Made by a program: the position numbers and the translations under genes. DNA of 64,000 bases from Felis catus (lineage: Eukaryota), in the NCBI RefSeq assembly GCF_018350175.1, contig NC_058368.1, positions 44,456,001-44,520,000 on the forward strand, read 5' to 3'. This document shows, piece by piece, positions 1-13,723 of this stretch. The notes under the pieces are model-generated. The model had not been told where the DNA came from, did not search any database, and saw only the letters and a program-made list of their open reading frames with translations. Position 1 is the stretch's first letter. Each line of letters begins with the position of its first letter.

Positions 1-420
1 TACATTGCATTTCCTCTCTCCTACTTTTCTTACCCTCCTTCTTACTTGTTAACTATGCTCAGCAGCACTGACATTTAGATTTACTTTCTCAAATATGCCA
101 GAATCTTTCATATAACAGGACATTTGCAACCTGTAATGTTCTTCTTCTCTTCCTTCTGTTTATTTGGCAATCTCTCTTCATCATGTGTTTATGAGCTTGA
201 ACATCACCTTTATAAAAAAGTCTTCTTTGATTATTCTATGAAAATCCAGGTCCTTTTCTCCATTCTAACTTAGCATTCAATTTATTTTCTGCTTGGATTT
301 TTCTCCAAAAACACCCAAATCATTTTGTCTTTTTAAACATCTATCTCCTCCACAATTATAAGTTCCATGAAGTCAGAAAATGTGTATATATGATTCTTTT
401 AAAACCATGCTATGCACCAA
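1..420 (+). mobile_element. Ancient L2 3' fragment
   Basis: Degenerate L2-like motifs (catcacctt...aagtcttcttt; tctcctccacaattataagttccatgaagtcaga). Confidence 0.5.
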
Positions 421-1595
421 AACAAAACAAAACAAAAAAAACAATCACTGTGGAAAGATTATAAATTATTTTCATTTTTTGTTGTTGGTCTATAGTATTC
501 TAAATTTTCTACACAAAATATACAATATGTTGAAAGATAATAATGGCACCTGTTTAAAGAAAGCTAGAAAACATGACTATAAATGCTATTACTATTAAAT
601 TAATCATTCATATTACAATGAGTTGGTGATATTCTAACCATAAGAGTTTTCAGTGGGTATATTAAAATTATGCAGCTATAATAGTCTCCTTGGGGCACTT
701 TGCTGGCCATTACACTATTTTGCACTAAAGAAAAAACAGTACAGCACTGAAAAAAAAATAGATGCTTTGAATGGACTAGGCACATGTATCATTGCATATG
801 TGATTTCATACTTTACTTAAAATTTAAACTAAACCAACTCTTCCTTTAAGGTGATGATCTGAATTGCAGTGCACAATCATAAGTATCAGCAGAAACCGAT
901 TTGAGCATTTTTACAAATATAAGTATACTATTTTAAACACTGGCATTTAATTTTATTTTTAATCTTATAAAGATTTGATTTTCCGAGCATTTAATCTATA
1001 AATAACCATAACTGATATTCTTACTCCTAACCACAGGAACCACCTGTCTAAGTACACGGATATTCAGCCACACAACCAGTTTCACATTATAGTCTGAAAG
1101 AGCATACACCATTATAATCATCTGACTATATACACTGAAAAGAAAATAAAATTCAATAGCATAAATGAACAAGAAGAAAAAAATCACATCTGTGAAATTA
1201 AAGATTGTCATTTTTGCGAAAAACACAAAAGAGAACATTCTTACTATATCAAACTGTTGTTACCAATTTTATCTGCAAATCATTCTTGAAAATGTTACAT
1301 ATGTTCTGCTATTAGGCAACACAATACATTTAGATTGGATATTCACTATCAAGGAGATTATATCTTTCCTGAATTTACTGAAATGAATAATTAAACAAAA
1401 AGTGTCTTTATTCTGTTCTCAGAATGTAAATTGGCAACTGCAGCAAATATGTAATATCAAAATACATATAAAACAAAGTAACAATTATCTAATATGTTTC
1501 GGCCATGGTGTTATAACAGGATTTAATGCCCTTAATTATTATAAACATTTTCTTTTTATAATTTTTTCAATAAAATTAGTGAAATATCAATATGA

Positions 1596-1788
1596 ATTTT
1601 TTAAGTTTATTTATTTGTTTTGAGAGAGAAAAAAAAAGGAGAGTGAGAACACGATGGGGGCGGGGCACAGAAAGAATCCCAAGCAGGCTCCGCACTGTCA
1701 GTGCAGAGCACGATTCAGGACTCCATCCCAGAACTGCGAGATTATGGCCTGAGCCAACACTTAATTGACTGAGCCACCCAGGGGACCC
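1596..1788 (-). mobile_element. CAN-SINE (older feline subfamily)
   Basis: T-rich tail, GA tract, aatcccaagcaggctcc, and ctgagccacccagg head on the reverse strand. Confidence 0.9.
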
Positions 1789-2656
1789 AAGATGTCTTCA
1801 AATGTTTTCTTGCAATACCTTATGAAATTGTTAGAGTTTCTTAATCATCATTGTTTTAAATATTAGGGGATTATATGTTATTCTGCCTCAGATTCTCTAT
1901 TTGAAAGCTATACTGGCAAGTTCAAATAGCCTGAGTGGCAAACAGGGGTACTGGTTAATATGTGCTTGTCTAACATTTTGGGGGGAAGGAGCTAACATAA
2001 TAAACATATTGTGAAAAATAAACAGAAGAAAAAAAACATGATTAAGCAGTGATTCAAATACTATCTACAACCTTTCTTTAACTCTACATCTTAATAATTT
2101 TAATTATGCATTTAATTATGTATTCAAAATCATTTTTTCACCATCTTTCCAGACATCTGGATTTTTAGTTTTGGCTGTGACTATTTCATTGATGCCAAAA
2201 GGGCTTTTTCAAAATTCATAATTAATTTAACATTTATTCAAATGGCTACTAATTACAATATACTCTGTGGATTTCCTGAAATAAAGACGCCTGTGACATG
2301 ATCACTTTCACCAGGAGCACACAAATGGGTTTTGAACCTTGATGGCATCTGATTCCCATAAATAAAAATAGCCAAGTGGATACACGGACTCCTCTACATA
2401 TCATCTATCATTTTGGTTCCACACCATGCAGAAATTGATGGATTTGACAATTTTATGACAGATTTTAGGGAACTAAAAGGCCATCTTTATTCCAAATACA
2501 AAGCCATCAACAATATTCATGTTCAAGTCAATACTCGTAAAGCATGTAAAATAAATATATGCACATCAAAGGGAATGGCTGAATGACTTTGGATAGAGAA
2601 TGAGAATAATAAGCTACTAGAATCTAGGTCTTTGGCTTTAGAACATTCTTTCATTT

Positions 2657-2880
2657 AAAAAAAAATTTTTTTCAACGTTTATTTATTTTTTTTTGGGACA
2701 GAGAGAGACAGAGCATGAACAGGGGAGGGGCAAAGAGAGAGGGAGACACAAAATCGGAAACAGGCTCCAGGCTCTGAGCCATCAGCCCAGAGCCTGACGC
2801 GGGGCTTGAACTCACGGACTGCGAGATCGTGACCTGGCTGAAGTCGGACGCTTAACCGACTGCGCCACCCAGGCACCCCC
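2657..2880 (-). mobile_element. CAN-SINE, young subfamily
   Basis: Full length and CpG-rich. TSD attctttcattt at 2645-2656 and 2881-2892. Confidence 0.97.
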
Positions 2881-3563
2881 ATTCTTTCATTTTTTAAGCC
2901 TACTGATTTTCAGAAACACATGTCATATTACTCTGTTTTTCTTTTTTTTAATTGAATAAATTCCTAGGAAGAAAAAATTAAGGATATGTATTTAATAAAT
3001 AATGTAAGATCTGAAAAGTGAACATACTTCTATTTTAGTGTTAAAATAGTGTTTAAAATAGTGTTTAATCCATTGGAGTTTCTTTTTTAAATTTTAGTAT
3101 TTTAAGTTAATTTCTTTATATCATATTTGTTTAGCCATTTAAGTCATTTCTTCATTTTATTTTGCTTCTATTTTAACTGTTTGTCTTTATTTTCACTTTA
3201 CTCTTTAACCTTGATTTAGTAACAAAATAAAATTTAAGTATTTTAACATTGTATTTAAAGTGTTTTAACTATGTCTTTATCCAATGCTTCCATTTTACTT
3301 TTCTAATGAAACATATTCCAAATGTGTTTTAGAGAAAAATGTGTGTTTGAGAAAAGGTTGTTTTAGTGATAAAATCATTTCTCCAAAACAGGATTTTCTT
3401 AGAGCTTTGCATAAATATATTGTCAATTTCAAAGGGATGGATGTAGAATATAGTATTGCTGATATTTATTTGACCATCATATTCCTCTTCACTAGAATTA
3501 CTTAAAGGATTGTAATACATTCTGGGAAATAAATGCATGTGATAAGGTCTGAAACATCATGAA

Positions 3564-3895
3564 GAAAGATTCCACTGAGCCAATAGATAGCAGTGATTCC
3601 ATTAGTGAATGCGAAAGTGATCTTATATAATAATCCTCCTCTCTTTTGTCTCCCTCACACCAGCCACAAAGGTAAGTGCAAGCTAATTTGTTCATTCCTC
3701 TTTATATGTTGTATTTTATTTATTTTGTACTATACTACAGTATTATAATCATTTTTATATGAATATTTTTGCGTTGTGGAAAGGATCATCTGAGTTTCCA
3801 TTATTCCTTATGGAGAAATTTGCTTTGATATACAAGTGCTTTGGATTACAAGCATGATTCTGCAATAATTATACTTGCAAACCAAGGTTTTACTG
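3564..3895 (+). mobile_element. Right arm of a TcMar-Tigger-like DNA transposon
   Basis: Aligns by eye to 14071-14408. Ends in a TIR (aaccaaggttttactg) followed by TA. Confidence 0.85.
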
Positions 3896-3934
3896 TATTT
3901 TAAATACTATTGTAAATAAGATTGTTTTCTTTTA

Positions 3935-4100
3935 TACATTTTTAAATGTTTTTTTTAATTTATTTTTGAGAGAGAGAGAGGGAGAGAAAGAGAGAGACAG
4001 AGAGACCTAGCAGGGGAGGTGCAGAGAGCGAATCCCAAGCAGGCTCTGTACAGTCAGCACAGAGCCCAATGCTCAAGTGACTGAGCCACCCAGGCATCCC
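3935..4100 (-). mobile_element. CAN-SINE, internally deleted
   Basis: Tail, GA tract and head are present but the B-box region is missing. Degenerate TSD taaataagattgttttctt / taaataaaactgctttctt. Confidence 0.88.
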
Positions 4101-4282
4101 TAAATAAAACTGCTTTCTTAATTTCCCTTTGGGATTATTCATTGCTAATGTGTATAAAACAACAGATATTTGTGTTGATTTTGTATCCTGCAATATTGCT
4201 GAATTTATTTGTTCTAATAATTTTTGGTGGAATTGGTAAAGTTTTATACATACATCATGCCATCTATAAAGAGATAATTCTA

Positions 4283-4508
4283 GGGGCGCCTGGGTGGCGC
4301 AGTCGGTTAAGCGTCCGACTTCAGCCAGGTCACGATCTCGCGGTCCGTGAGTTCGAGCCCCGCATCAGGCTCTGGGCTGATGGCTCAGAGCCTGGAGCCT
4401 GTTTCCGATTCTGTGTCTCCCTCTCTCTCTGCCCCTCCCCTGTTCATGCTCTGTCTCTCTCTGTCCCAAAAATAAATAAAAACGTTGAAAAAAAATTTTT
4501 AAAAAAAA
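4283..4508 (+). mobile_element. CAN-SINE, young subfamily
   Basis: GGGGCGCCTGGGTGGCGCAG head. Perfect TSD aaagagataattcta at 4268-4282 and 4509-4523. Confidence 0.97.
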
Positions 4509-5382
4509 AAAGAGATAATTCTACTTTTTCATTTCCTATGTGGATGCTATTTATTTCTCTTTCTTGCCTGAATGATCTAGCTAAGACTTCCATCACTGTG
4601 CTGAATGGAAGTAAGAGAGAAAGCATCCTTGCTTTACTGTTGATCACAGTGGAAAAGCTTTTAATTTTTCACCATTGAAAATGATGTGGGCTGTGGCCTT
4701 TTCATATAAGGCCTTTATTATGTTTAGGTAATTTTAACTATTACTAGTGTGTTCAGTGTTTTGTTATTTTTTCCTTCATGAAAAAGTCAAATCCTTTTGT
4801 GAATCAAATGAAATGATCATGTGGTCTCTGTCCTTCATTCTGTTAATGTGGCCTAGTGTGGTTAATGTGACATTTGCTAATGACATTGTTGCTCCTTTCA
4901 GAGAACCAACTATTAGTTCCATTGATTTTTTTGGTTTCTCTATTTCACTTTTTTTTTTCCTGCTGTAGTCTTTATTACTTCCTTCTTTAGCTAAGTTTGA
5001 TTTTAGTTTGTTCCTCTTTTTCTGAGTCCTTAAGGTGTAAAGCTAAGGTGTTGATTTGGGATTTTTCTTCTTTCTTTAATGTAGAAATTTTCATTATAAA
5101 TTTGAGTGTTAGTACTACTTTTGCTGCATCCCATAAGTTTTGATATTTTGTGTTCCATTTTTATCTGCCTCAGTGGGAGTGGAAGTCAGACATCAGCTAT
5201 GAGTATTCTTTCAATTATTTTAGCAATTATTGGTCAATAGACATTTACCATGTCTTGGGTTCCAACACTGCATATCATTTTTCTACAAATTAACCCATTT
5301 CATCCAGGTTTTCAGATGCATTAATATACTCACATTATATTTTACATAATTATCTTGTTATATTTTAACCATGTTATATGTT

Positions 5383-5846
5383 GTGGTTTCAAAAGTGTCC
5401 AAAGATTCTTTGGCCCCCATTCCTTTAATGTATGTTGGACTTACTGACTCACTTCAAACAAACAATGCAATGGAACTGAGAGCATGTGAATGTGGAGAAT
5501 AGGTCATGAAAGGCACTGTAAATTCCTCCTTACTTGGGAGTATTAACTGCTATCTTATGAGGATTCAAGCCACCTATGGAAAACCACATATGGTGAAGAA
5601 TCGATGCCTTCTGTAGAAAACCCTGTGAGTAAGCCATCCTGGAAGTGAATATCCTAACCTCTGTACAAGCCTCAGACAAATTTAGCCTGTAACAACTTAA
5701 CTATAATCACTGATTAGACCCTGATCCACAACCACCCAGCTAAGCCATGCCCTTACTCCTGATCCACAGAAACTGACATCATCAGATCATTGTTTAAAGC
5801 CACTAAAATTGGAGTAATTTACTCTGCAGGAATAGATAAGTAATAT
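5383..5846 (+). mobile_element. MaLR solo LTR (MLT1F-like)
   Basis: ggacttactgactcacttc, aggtcatgaaaggcactg, ccacccagctaagcc, ccacagaaactg and aagccactaaa...aatagataagtaata. Confidence 0.8.
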
Positions 5847-6243
5847 TAACACACATATATATAGTCACTTCTCTATTGTTTCAAATTTGTTTCTGTCTCC
5901 CGCTCTCTCATTTTAGGAAATTCAGCTCTATTATAACTTCAAATTTTTGTGATATTGTGACACATTTTGTCCAGATATTGGCACTTACAGTTCCATTATC
6001 TATATCACTTACTTTCCCTCAGTGCTTTAAAGTGATGTGCCATTGTTTTCTGGCTCCATTGTTTTTTTCATAAAAAAGTGGCTGACAAACTCATTATACT
6101 TTAAAGTTAATATTTAAAAAAATATTCTAATTCTGAATGCTTTGAATATGTCTTCCTTCTTTGTCTTTAGTTATTGTATTATAATAGTCTAGATGTTTTA
6201 TATTTATGTTCATTTTACTTGAATCCAGAATACTATTTTTGTT

Positions 6244-6468
6244 GGAGCACCTAGGTGGTTCAGTAGGTTAAATATCTGACTTTGTCTCAGGTCATAATCT
6301 CACAGTTCATGGGTTCAAGCCCCATATCAGGCTCTGTGCTGACAGCTCAGAGCCTGGAGCCTACTTCGGATTCTGTGTCTCCTCTCTCTATGCCCCTTCC
6401 CTGCTCACGCTCTGTCTCTCTCTGTCTCAAAATAAATAAATATTAAAAAAGTAATAAAAAATTTAAAA
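6244..6468 (+). mobile_element. CAN-SINE
   Basis: tRNA-derived head, gacagctcagagcctggagcc core, CT tract and A tail. Confidence 0.93.
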
Positions 6469-6750
6469 AGTCTGTAACTTCTTCCTACCTCCTTGATTTC
6501 TTCAAATATACCTTAATTGATTCCTTTAAATATACTCTAATATATTTTGTGTAGCTTTTTTAGTTATTTCCAGTCGAAATTTGGGGATAAATCATACTGA
6601 CTGCCATTGCTGGAAGTGATAGCTGACACAACCACTTTCCCTCCTTCTTTGATGGGCAGCTAGTTTGTGAGGCCAAATTCTATTTCTCCATTTTCATTTT
6701 TGACAAGTATGAAGCAATATACATAAAAGACTATTTCTACATCTGTTATT

Positions 6751-7015
6751 TTATTTTATTTTATTTTATTTTATTTTATTTTAATTCTATTTTACTTTAT
6801 TTTATTTTTTGAGAAAGAGAGAGAGAGACAGAGAGAGAAAGAGACCAAGTTGAACAGAGGACGGGCAGAGAGAGGGAGACACAGAATATGAAGCGGACTC
6901 CAGGGTCTGAACTGTCAGCACAGAGCCTGACACAGGGCTTGAACTCGCGAACCGTGATATCATATGACCTGAGCCGAAGCGGGGCACTTAACCTACTGAG
7001 CTACCCAGGCGCCCC
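6751..7015 (-). mobile_element. CAN-SINE with (TTTTA)n tail
   Basis: TSD tacatctgttatt at 6738-6750 and 7018-7030. Confidence 0.95.
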
Positions 7016-7649
7016 GATACATCTGTTATTCTAAAGTGAGGTTAACATGTATGTCCAGCTCATATAATAAGTACTATTTGTACATTATCCTTCAGAATAA
7101 AATTAAAATAAACCTTGATTTTACTTAAGTAGAAATATTTAAGTATAGTACTTATCCCATAATCAATTATTAATCCCATAATCAAGTTAATTATTTATAT
7201 AGGTAGCCAAACATTAGTTAGAAATTGGAACATCTTATATAAATTTATCTTCAATAATATTAAGTTCTCAGAACAAGTATTTTCTTTTTCTATAACAATA
7301 TGTAGACTTCTACACAGATTCTACATATATGTACATATTGGTGTGTGTTTTACATGTGTTAAGTAAACTATTTTTTAATCTTTGAGTTCTTATATGATGG
7401 TTTTATGAAGTGAAAAATCTATTAATCTAAGCAATTCAATATCCATGCATATTCTAATTCAACTGCTTAAAATTATAATACACTTCTGCAGAGTATGTAA
7501 CATTTCCATATGGTAACAAAGTGCATCTGTTTAGGATCTGAATATAGAGTGACAACAAATATCATAACTTAATCTTGGTAAGAAAGTAAAGAATGTTCCA
7601 GACTTCACTGTCTTTAAAATGTATCCCTTTACTACAAAAACAAAAATCA

Positions 7650-7795
7650 GGGGCTCCTGGATGGCTCAGTCAGTTGGACATCAGACTTTCAGCTCAGGTC
7701 AGTTCATGGTCTCATTGTGAGTGGGTTTGGATTCTACAGTGACAGCTCAGAGCGTGGAGCCTACTTTGGATTCTATGTCTCCCTCCCCTACTGGA

Positions 7796-7840
<45 letters not shown>

Positions 7841-7875
7841 AATAAATAAACATTAAAAAGAGAAAGGAAAAAAAT
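7650..7875 (+). mobile_element. CAN-SINE with (CT)n tract
   Basis: ggggctcctggatggctcag head, rearranged middle, (CT)n tract and A tail. Confidence 0.9.
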
Positions 7876-9719
7876 CAAAGGGGGAAAAGAACTTAATCGA
7901 TGTCTATTGGTAATTGTGATCTGCAATAAAAGCTATAGAATGTACTGTATGTATCATGTCCGTTCCAACTGCCAAATGAGAGGCAGCTAGTGTGATAATT
8001 TTAGTAGCAAAATTCCTTAGAGCTCTGACATAAACAGGAAAACAAGCAAACAAAAATAAATGTTCCTGTTGGTTGCAATATTTGCAAATTACTCAGCTTT
8101 TAACAAAGGGACAGAGTGGTTATTTTCAGAAAATGGCTTTTTTCTCTTTACTTGCAGATAAATTGCATGAAATATTAATTCCAAGAGAAGTTTATGATAA
8201 CCATGTAGAATTTGTGTGGGAATGAGCAAAATTTTTAAGTATCCCATTAATTTCTTTTTTAATACAAAATAGCTAGATGGTTCACTGAGGTTTTAATTAT
8301 AATTGCAAAGGATTATACACTGAAAAAAGTAAAATTTAAATATAATCTCAATGATAGAGATACTATTCACTTGATACATATACTGTAACATCACTTTTTG
8401 TGCCCTATGCCTGCAATAAGTGAAAAAAATAAAAAGCTGAGCTAAGCTAAGGTAATATTTTGCATTTTCTAGAATCCCAAACAAAATCAGAACAATAAAG
8501 TTGATTGAAGACTAAAGTTTGAATACACAAACTGCTGAATTTACAATCATCAAATATTTCACATTTTTAAATGATTTACAGCTGTGTTTAAATAAATCTA
8601 TCTAATTATACTGAAGTCTGCCATGTAATCATAGACTAATCCCATTTGCATGCTTAGAAAATGATAACAATGAGCTCCACTGGGCAATAAAGATTTAGAT
8701 AAACAAATTGAGAAGTTTCTACACTAATCCTAGGTATTTTTTTTTCTGATTTTTATTTGGCTCCCTGCTTCCAACAGATCATGTTTTTGACCTTAAACCA
8801 AAAGTAAGAAAGACAGATAAGTCAATGCTTGACACTTCCCCACAAAGACTGGACCATCTGGACGCTTTATATTTGTAACAGGTGCTTCTGGGATTTAGAG
8901 CCTAATTCTGGCCCAGATTCTGTTCTGTATGGGTGACTCTGTTGCTATGTGCAATTGTGCATTGCATTAATTGAAGAGAATAGAAAAGGCCAAGTACAGC
9001 AATTAGTCAGTTGGTCATGCAGAAAAGAGTCTAGTGGCTTTGAGCCATGAAATGTTGGATGCACAGATGCACAGTACCATCAGTTTTGCTCTCTGTGGTA
9101 TGTTCCTAGTCTGTGACAGGTAAAATGCCTTTGTGACATGATCCCAGTTTTCTGTCCCCTTCAAAAACAAACTACATTTTGTAACCACAGGAGAGCGAAT
9201 ATGCTATATTGACACAATATGTCTTGAATATCTAATAGAATACCATACAATAGGCAGAAAACTAAAATATATATATTTTTATATGTATACATTTATATAT
9301 ATTTATATATATATTTATATATTTTAATATATTATATATATTTAATATATCCTTTAGCCATGAACTATTTAGATGTGTTATTTATTGTATGAAAGTACTA
9401 TTTTTAAAAGCGCTTTTCAAAATTAAAGAAATTTTCAAACTCATAACAAGGGTACAAATTTAATTTTGATTAAATGTTTTAAAGTACACAATATAGTTAT
9501 TGAAAACACCGATTTTCTCATTCATAAATTAGTATAGCCAATAATCAAATGATAAAATGAGTGACAAGAATTATAATCCAAATTATTTTACTTGGGATCC
9601 AGTAAATAAACAATAAACAACTCAAAACTCTAAAGGGTTGAGGCTATTTTAACATCTACAATTTCTTTACTTGTTTACAAGTTGAATTATGGTATTTTCA
9701 CACTTTATGGCATTATCAT

Positions 9720-10170
9720 TGTGATAGTTAATTTTATGCGTCAACTTGCCTGAGTTTAAGAGATGCCAGATAGCTGGTAAAATATTATTTCTGGGTGTGG
9801 CTGTGAGGATGTTTCCAGAAGAGATTAGCATTTAAGTCAGTAGACTGAGTAAAGACCACCCTCACCAATACAGGTAGGCATCATCCAATCTGCTTACTGA
9901 GGGCCTGAATAGAACAAAAAGGCAAAGAAGGGGAATTTCCTCTCTCTGTTAAAGTTGGGATATTCATCATTTCCTGCCCTCAGATATCAGTTCTCTGTTC
10001 TGGGGCCTTTGGACTCAGACTGAATTACACCACCACCAGCTTTCCTGGTTTTCGAGATTATAGACAGTAAGTAGATCGTGAAAATTTTTGGCTTCCATAA
10101 TCATATGAGTGAATTCCTACAACTAATATATCCTATTGGTTCTGTTCTCTGAAGAACTTTGACTAATACA
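9720..10170 (+). mobile_element. ERVL solo LTR (MLT2B-like)
   Basis: Starts tgtgatagttaattttatgcgtcaacttg and ends tcctattggttctgtt...gactaataca. 5-bp TSD atcat/accat. Confidence 0.92.
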
Positions 10171-10285
10171 ACCATTATATTCTATACTATTTCCATTATT
10201 TTATTCTGTACTAAAGTATTTCCACTCTTCATTCTTACATATCACTTGTTAATTCAACTTATAATAACTTAAATAACAAAAGTAG

Positions 10286-10753
10286 TGTTAATACAAAATG
10301 GAGCCTGGGCTTAAGAATTCTCTGAGCAGAAAATCCATTTAAGCCATATAATCAAGACCAAATCTAGCTGATTTCATGAACATAAGACTTAATTTAGGTT
10401 ATTTCGTGTAAGTGGCTCTGATAATCAAAAACAAACAAAAAACCTTAAATCATCTTCCTAAAAACGGTATAAGATAATCACTTTTAGCCAATCTCCTGCC
10501 ATCTGGAAACCACCACTATAATGACCAAACACTGGAAAGGTTAAACAATTTCCTCATTTTTCACTTCTTAAGCTATCCTGAAATGCCATACCCCTGAGCT
10601 ACGTATCAATTTTGAATGTGAAATCTCCCAGTTTATGAACTGTTCTTATATGCACAATAAACTCTTAATAAATAAATACTATTTTACTGACTCCATGGTT
10701 TTTTGTTTGCTTTTTGGGGGGGGTTGTTGTTGTTATTTCTGGATTTTTTGACA
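10286..10753 (+). mobile_element. ERV1-class solo LTR, family not identified
   Basis: TGTTA...TGACA termini, caaaatggag near the 5' end, internal AATAAA, and a perfect 4-bp TSD gtag at 10282-10285 and 10754-10757. Confidence 0.8.
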
Positions 10754-10849
10754 GTAGTAACTATTAATTTAATAAAATAAGCAAATACTTTGAATATGTT
10801 CTATAAATTAAAATTGTACTAGGTAGGGGGTATTTAACATTTAAAAAAT

Positions 10850-11190
10850 GTCTCTACTATATAGAGCTAACTGTGTGAGGGAAGCACATTACACATTGAT
10901 TGTTTATTTGTATGTTTTCATATGATAATAAAATTAAGCAATGGTTGGTATAATAAGCAAATAAATCAGAGTAAAAAGGTGGAAATACCAGTGATGCTAT
11001 TTTAGTTGCTGAAATCAGAAATGAAATCTTTGAGGAGGTGATACTTGTGTAGAAACTTAAAATGAGAAAACAAATCTTGAAAATCAATGGATAAAGAGCA
11101 TTACAGGCAAAGATGAACAGAGGAAACAATCAGGAGCTAGGTATCTAAGGTGAAACAGGCTTGTTGTGGATATAGAGCACCTTTTGTGAG
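10850..11190 (-). mobile_element. Ancient L2 fragment
   Basis: Degenerate tttgaggaggtgatacttg...aagagcattacaggcaaag motifs. Confidence 0.5.
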
Positions 11191-11212
11191 CTAGGCAATT
11201 CACTAGATGCTT

Positions 11213-11430
11213 TTTTAAAAAAATCTTTTCAATGTTTATTTATTTTTGAGAGACAGAGAGAGACAGGGTGTGAGCGGGGGATGGGCAGAGAGAGGGAGAC
11301 AGAATCTGAAGCAGGCTCCAGGCACTGAGCTGTCAGCACAGAGCTCAATGTGGGGCTTGAACTCAGGAGCCATGAGATCATGACCTGAGCCAAATTCTGA
11401 CGCTTAACCAACTGAGCCACGCAGGCACCT
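11213..11430 (-). mobile_element. CAN-SINE
   Basis: Perfect 17-bp TSD caattcactagatgctt at 11196-11212 and 11431-11447. Confidence 0.96.
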
Positions 11431-11479
11431 CAATTCACTAGATGCTTGACCTGTTTTATTTTGACATGCAGATAGGTAA

Positions 11480-11700
11480 CTTGACAAACTGATTAAACAC
11501 TAAATCCCTAGAGCCAGATGAAATTATATTTAAATCCAGGTTTTGGTACTTCTTCATTGTTTTCCCATTTGTAAAATACAGATTATAATAACAGGTGGTA
11601 ACATAACGTGTTGGCCAAAATAAATCAATACACTTCTTCCAATATCTGACATACAGTACGTAGTGCATAAATACCAGCAATCATCAGCATCATTATAATC
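11480..11700 (+). mobile_element. MIR fragment
   Basis: ctagagccaga...tttaaatcc and ttttcccatttgtaaaat core-like motif. Confidence 0.5.
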
Positions 11701-12853
11701 ACCTTCTATGAAGTATAAACTACTAGTCCTATTCTCTAAATGGGGAAGTTAAAACTAAGATTTTTTTAACCCTGGTTGTTTTGTTTGTTCTACGACAGCT
11801 TCCAAATAGCTTTTTTTTTTCTTTTTAATAATTTTATTCAATATCTACAGTTGTTCTTATGAGAGGATTAGTATATTATAACTTATTCTTCATAAACAGA
11901 AGAGATCTCAATGCTTAAAAAACATATTGCCATATAATGTTTAAAGTACATTTGAATTAAAATAATATTTGTACTCTTACTGCGTATCAAACATAAAAAC
12001 ACGAAATTGTTACTAAATCTCAGCATATCACAGTTCATAAAATCTTTTCTTGGACAATGTGGTCTATCAAGAACTCAATCCTCAAAGTGTATCATTTTTC
12101 TTTTCTGTCTCATTTGTTTTAACACTCTGAGTATGTATTTAAGACTCCAAAATATCAGGTTTCTAAGGAAAAAGAGTTGTTTTTTTTTAATTTTTTCTCC
12201 AAATTGTTTTTATTTATTATCTGTGAAAGGAATAAAGCAAATAATAATAAAATAGTAACAATGAAAATAATACAAATAAATAATTGTCACAGGAGTTAAA
12301 AGAAAAAAAATGTAGGACATACATCTATTTCAGGAGATGTTCATTCCTTATTGCCAGCAGTGCAGAGACTTCTGAGCAATATCTCCTTATTCAAACCATT
12401 AAGTTTCTGATCCTAGAGAGAACCCTCATGGGCAGCGCTTTTCCCCACTGTGGCTGTTAGTAATGGCTCCTGATAAAGGCTGCATGCAGAATCACTAAGC
12501 TTTCATTCCCATCATATTAGCAACTCCTGGTACTCTGCTTATAGTGGCTGCTTCATATAATTCTCAGATATTCTTGGTAGAAGCATATACCAAAAGCTAT
12601 TCTTATTTGCTGGATCAGTTTCAAAGGGTAATGATTTTTGGTGGCCATATTTCCTTGTGTCCTGGTCCTTGCTTAGTCTTCTGTTGGACCTACTGTGTCC
12701 TAAGAAATTTATAAGATCATGTTGAAAGACATCTGGGGGTTGCAGAGAAATTTTAAAAAATGGTTTTACATTCCTATGTAAACTTTGTTTTGCATTCACA
12801 TGATGGAGGACACAGGTAATTTGATTTCTCTGCATCAAAGCAGGGCACTTATT

Positions 12854-13681
12854 TATTTACTTACTTCTTTTTCATTTTTTTAATTTACTTTTTAATTTTT
12901 TTCTTTTATTTTTTTACCTGAGTATAGTTGACACACAATGCTACATTAGTTTCAGGTGTACAACTTAGTAATTTGATAAATTTGTACACCATGTTATGTT
13001 CACAATTATAGCTATTATCTATCCCATTACATTGCTATTACAGTATCACTGACTGTATTCCTCATGCTTTGCCTTTTATTCCCATAACTTACTTTTTCCG
13101 TAACTGGAGGCCTGCAACTCCCTCTGCCCTCCACCCATTTGCCCAAACCTCCCCTCTGGCAACCATCAGCTGTTCTCCATGTTTACACTTCTGATTCTGC
13201 TTTTTGTTTATTCATTTTTTAGAGTCTACTTATAAGTGAAATTATATGGTTATTTGTCTTTCTCATTTTGACTTATTTCACTTGGCATAATACCCTTTAG
13301 GTTCATCCATGTTGTTGCAAATGACAAGATTGCATTATTTTTTATGGCTATGTAATATTCCGTTGTGTGTATATATACCTTATCCATTTGCCTATTGATG
13401 GACACTCAGGTTGCTTCCATGTTGTGGCTATTGTAAATAATGCTGCAATAAACATAGGAGTTCATATATTTTTTGAGTTAGTGTTTTCATTTTTACTGGG
13501 TAAATACCCAATAATGGAATTATTGGATGGTATGGCAGTGTAAAACCTTGGATTCCAAGTAACTCATTCTGTGAATGTTCCACAAGACAAGTAAATATTT
13601 CTAATATAGTTTAAATTGATGAGCGATGCCTTGCAATGTGGGTTGTATGTCACACCAAATGTCACATGATCACAACTGAGG

Positions 13682-13723
<42 letters not shown>

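Larger units (their letters stand above)
3896..5340 (-). mobile_element. Old L1 ORF2 fragment interrupted by two SINEs
   Basis: Antisense L1 motifs (ttgattttgtatcctgcaa, gctaagacttcc, tttgctgcatcccataagtttt). Confidence 0.85.

Noticed and set aside
1044..1135. Possible minus-strand exon (ttttcttttcag acceptor, CAG|GTGGT donor, one open frame)
   Set aside because: Weak donor, unrecognised peptide and no partner exons; I cannot support a host gene.
3329..3521. Acceptor-like tttatttcccag followed by ORF MYYNPLSNSSEEEYDG...
   Set aside because: No recognisable homology and no supporting upstream exons.
4142..4678. 178-aa ORF and many similar ORFs (GAPGWRSRLSV..., MAQSVKRPTSAQV...)
   Set aside because: Read-through of CAN-SINE and antisense L1 sequence; the same peptides recur at many SINE copies.
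8158..8225. Plus-strand acceptor followed by KLHEILIPREVYDNHVEFVWE*
   Set aside because: Short, isolated and expected by chance in T-rich DNA.
12539..12838. 99-aa minus-strand ORF next to the L1 tail
   Set aside because: No recognisable domain or splice context.
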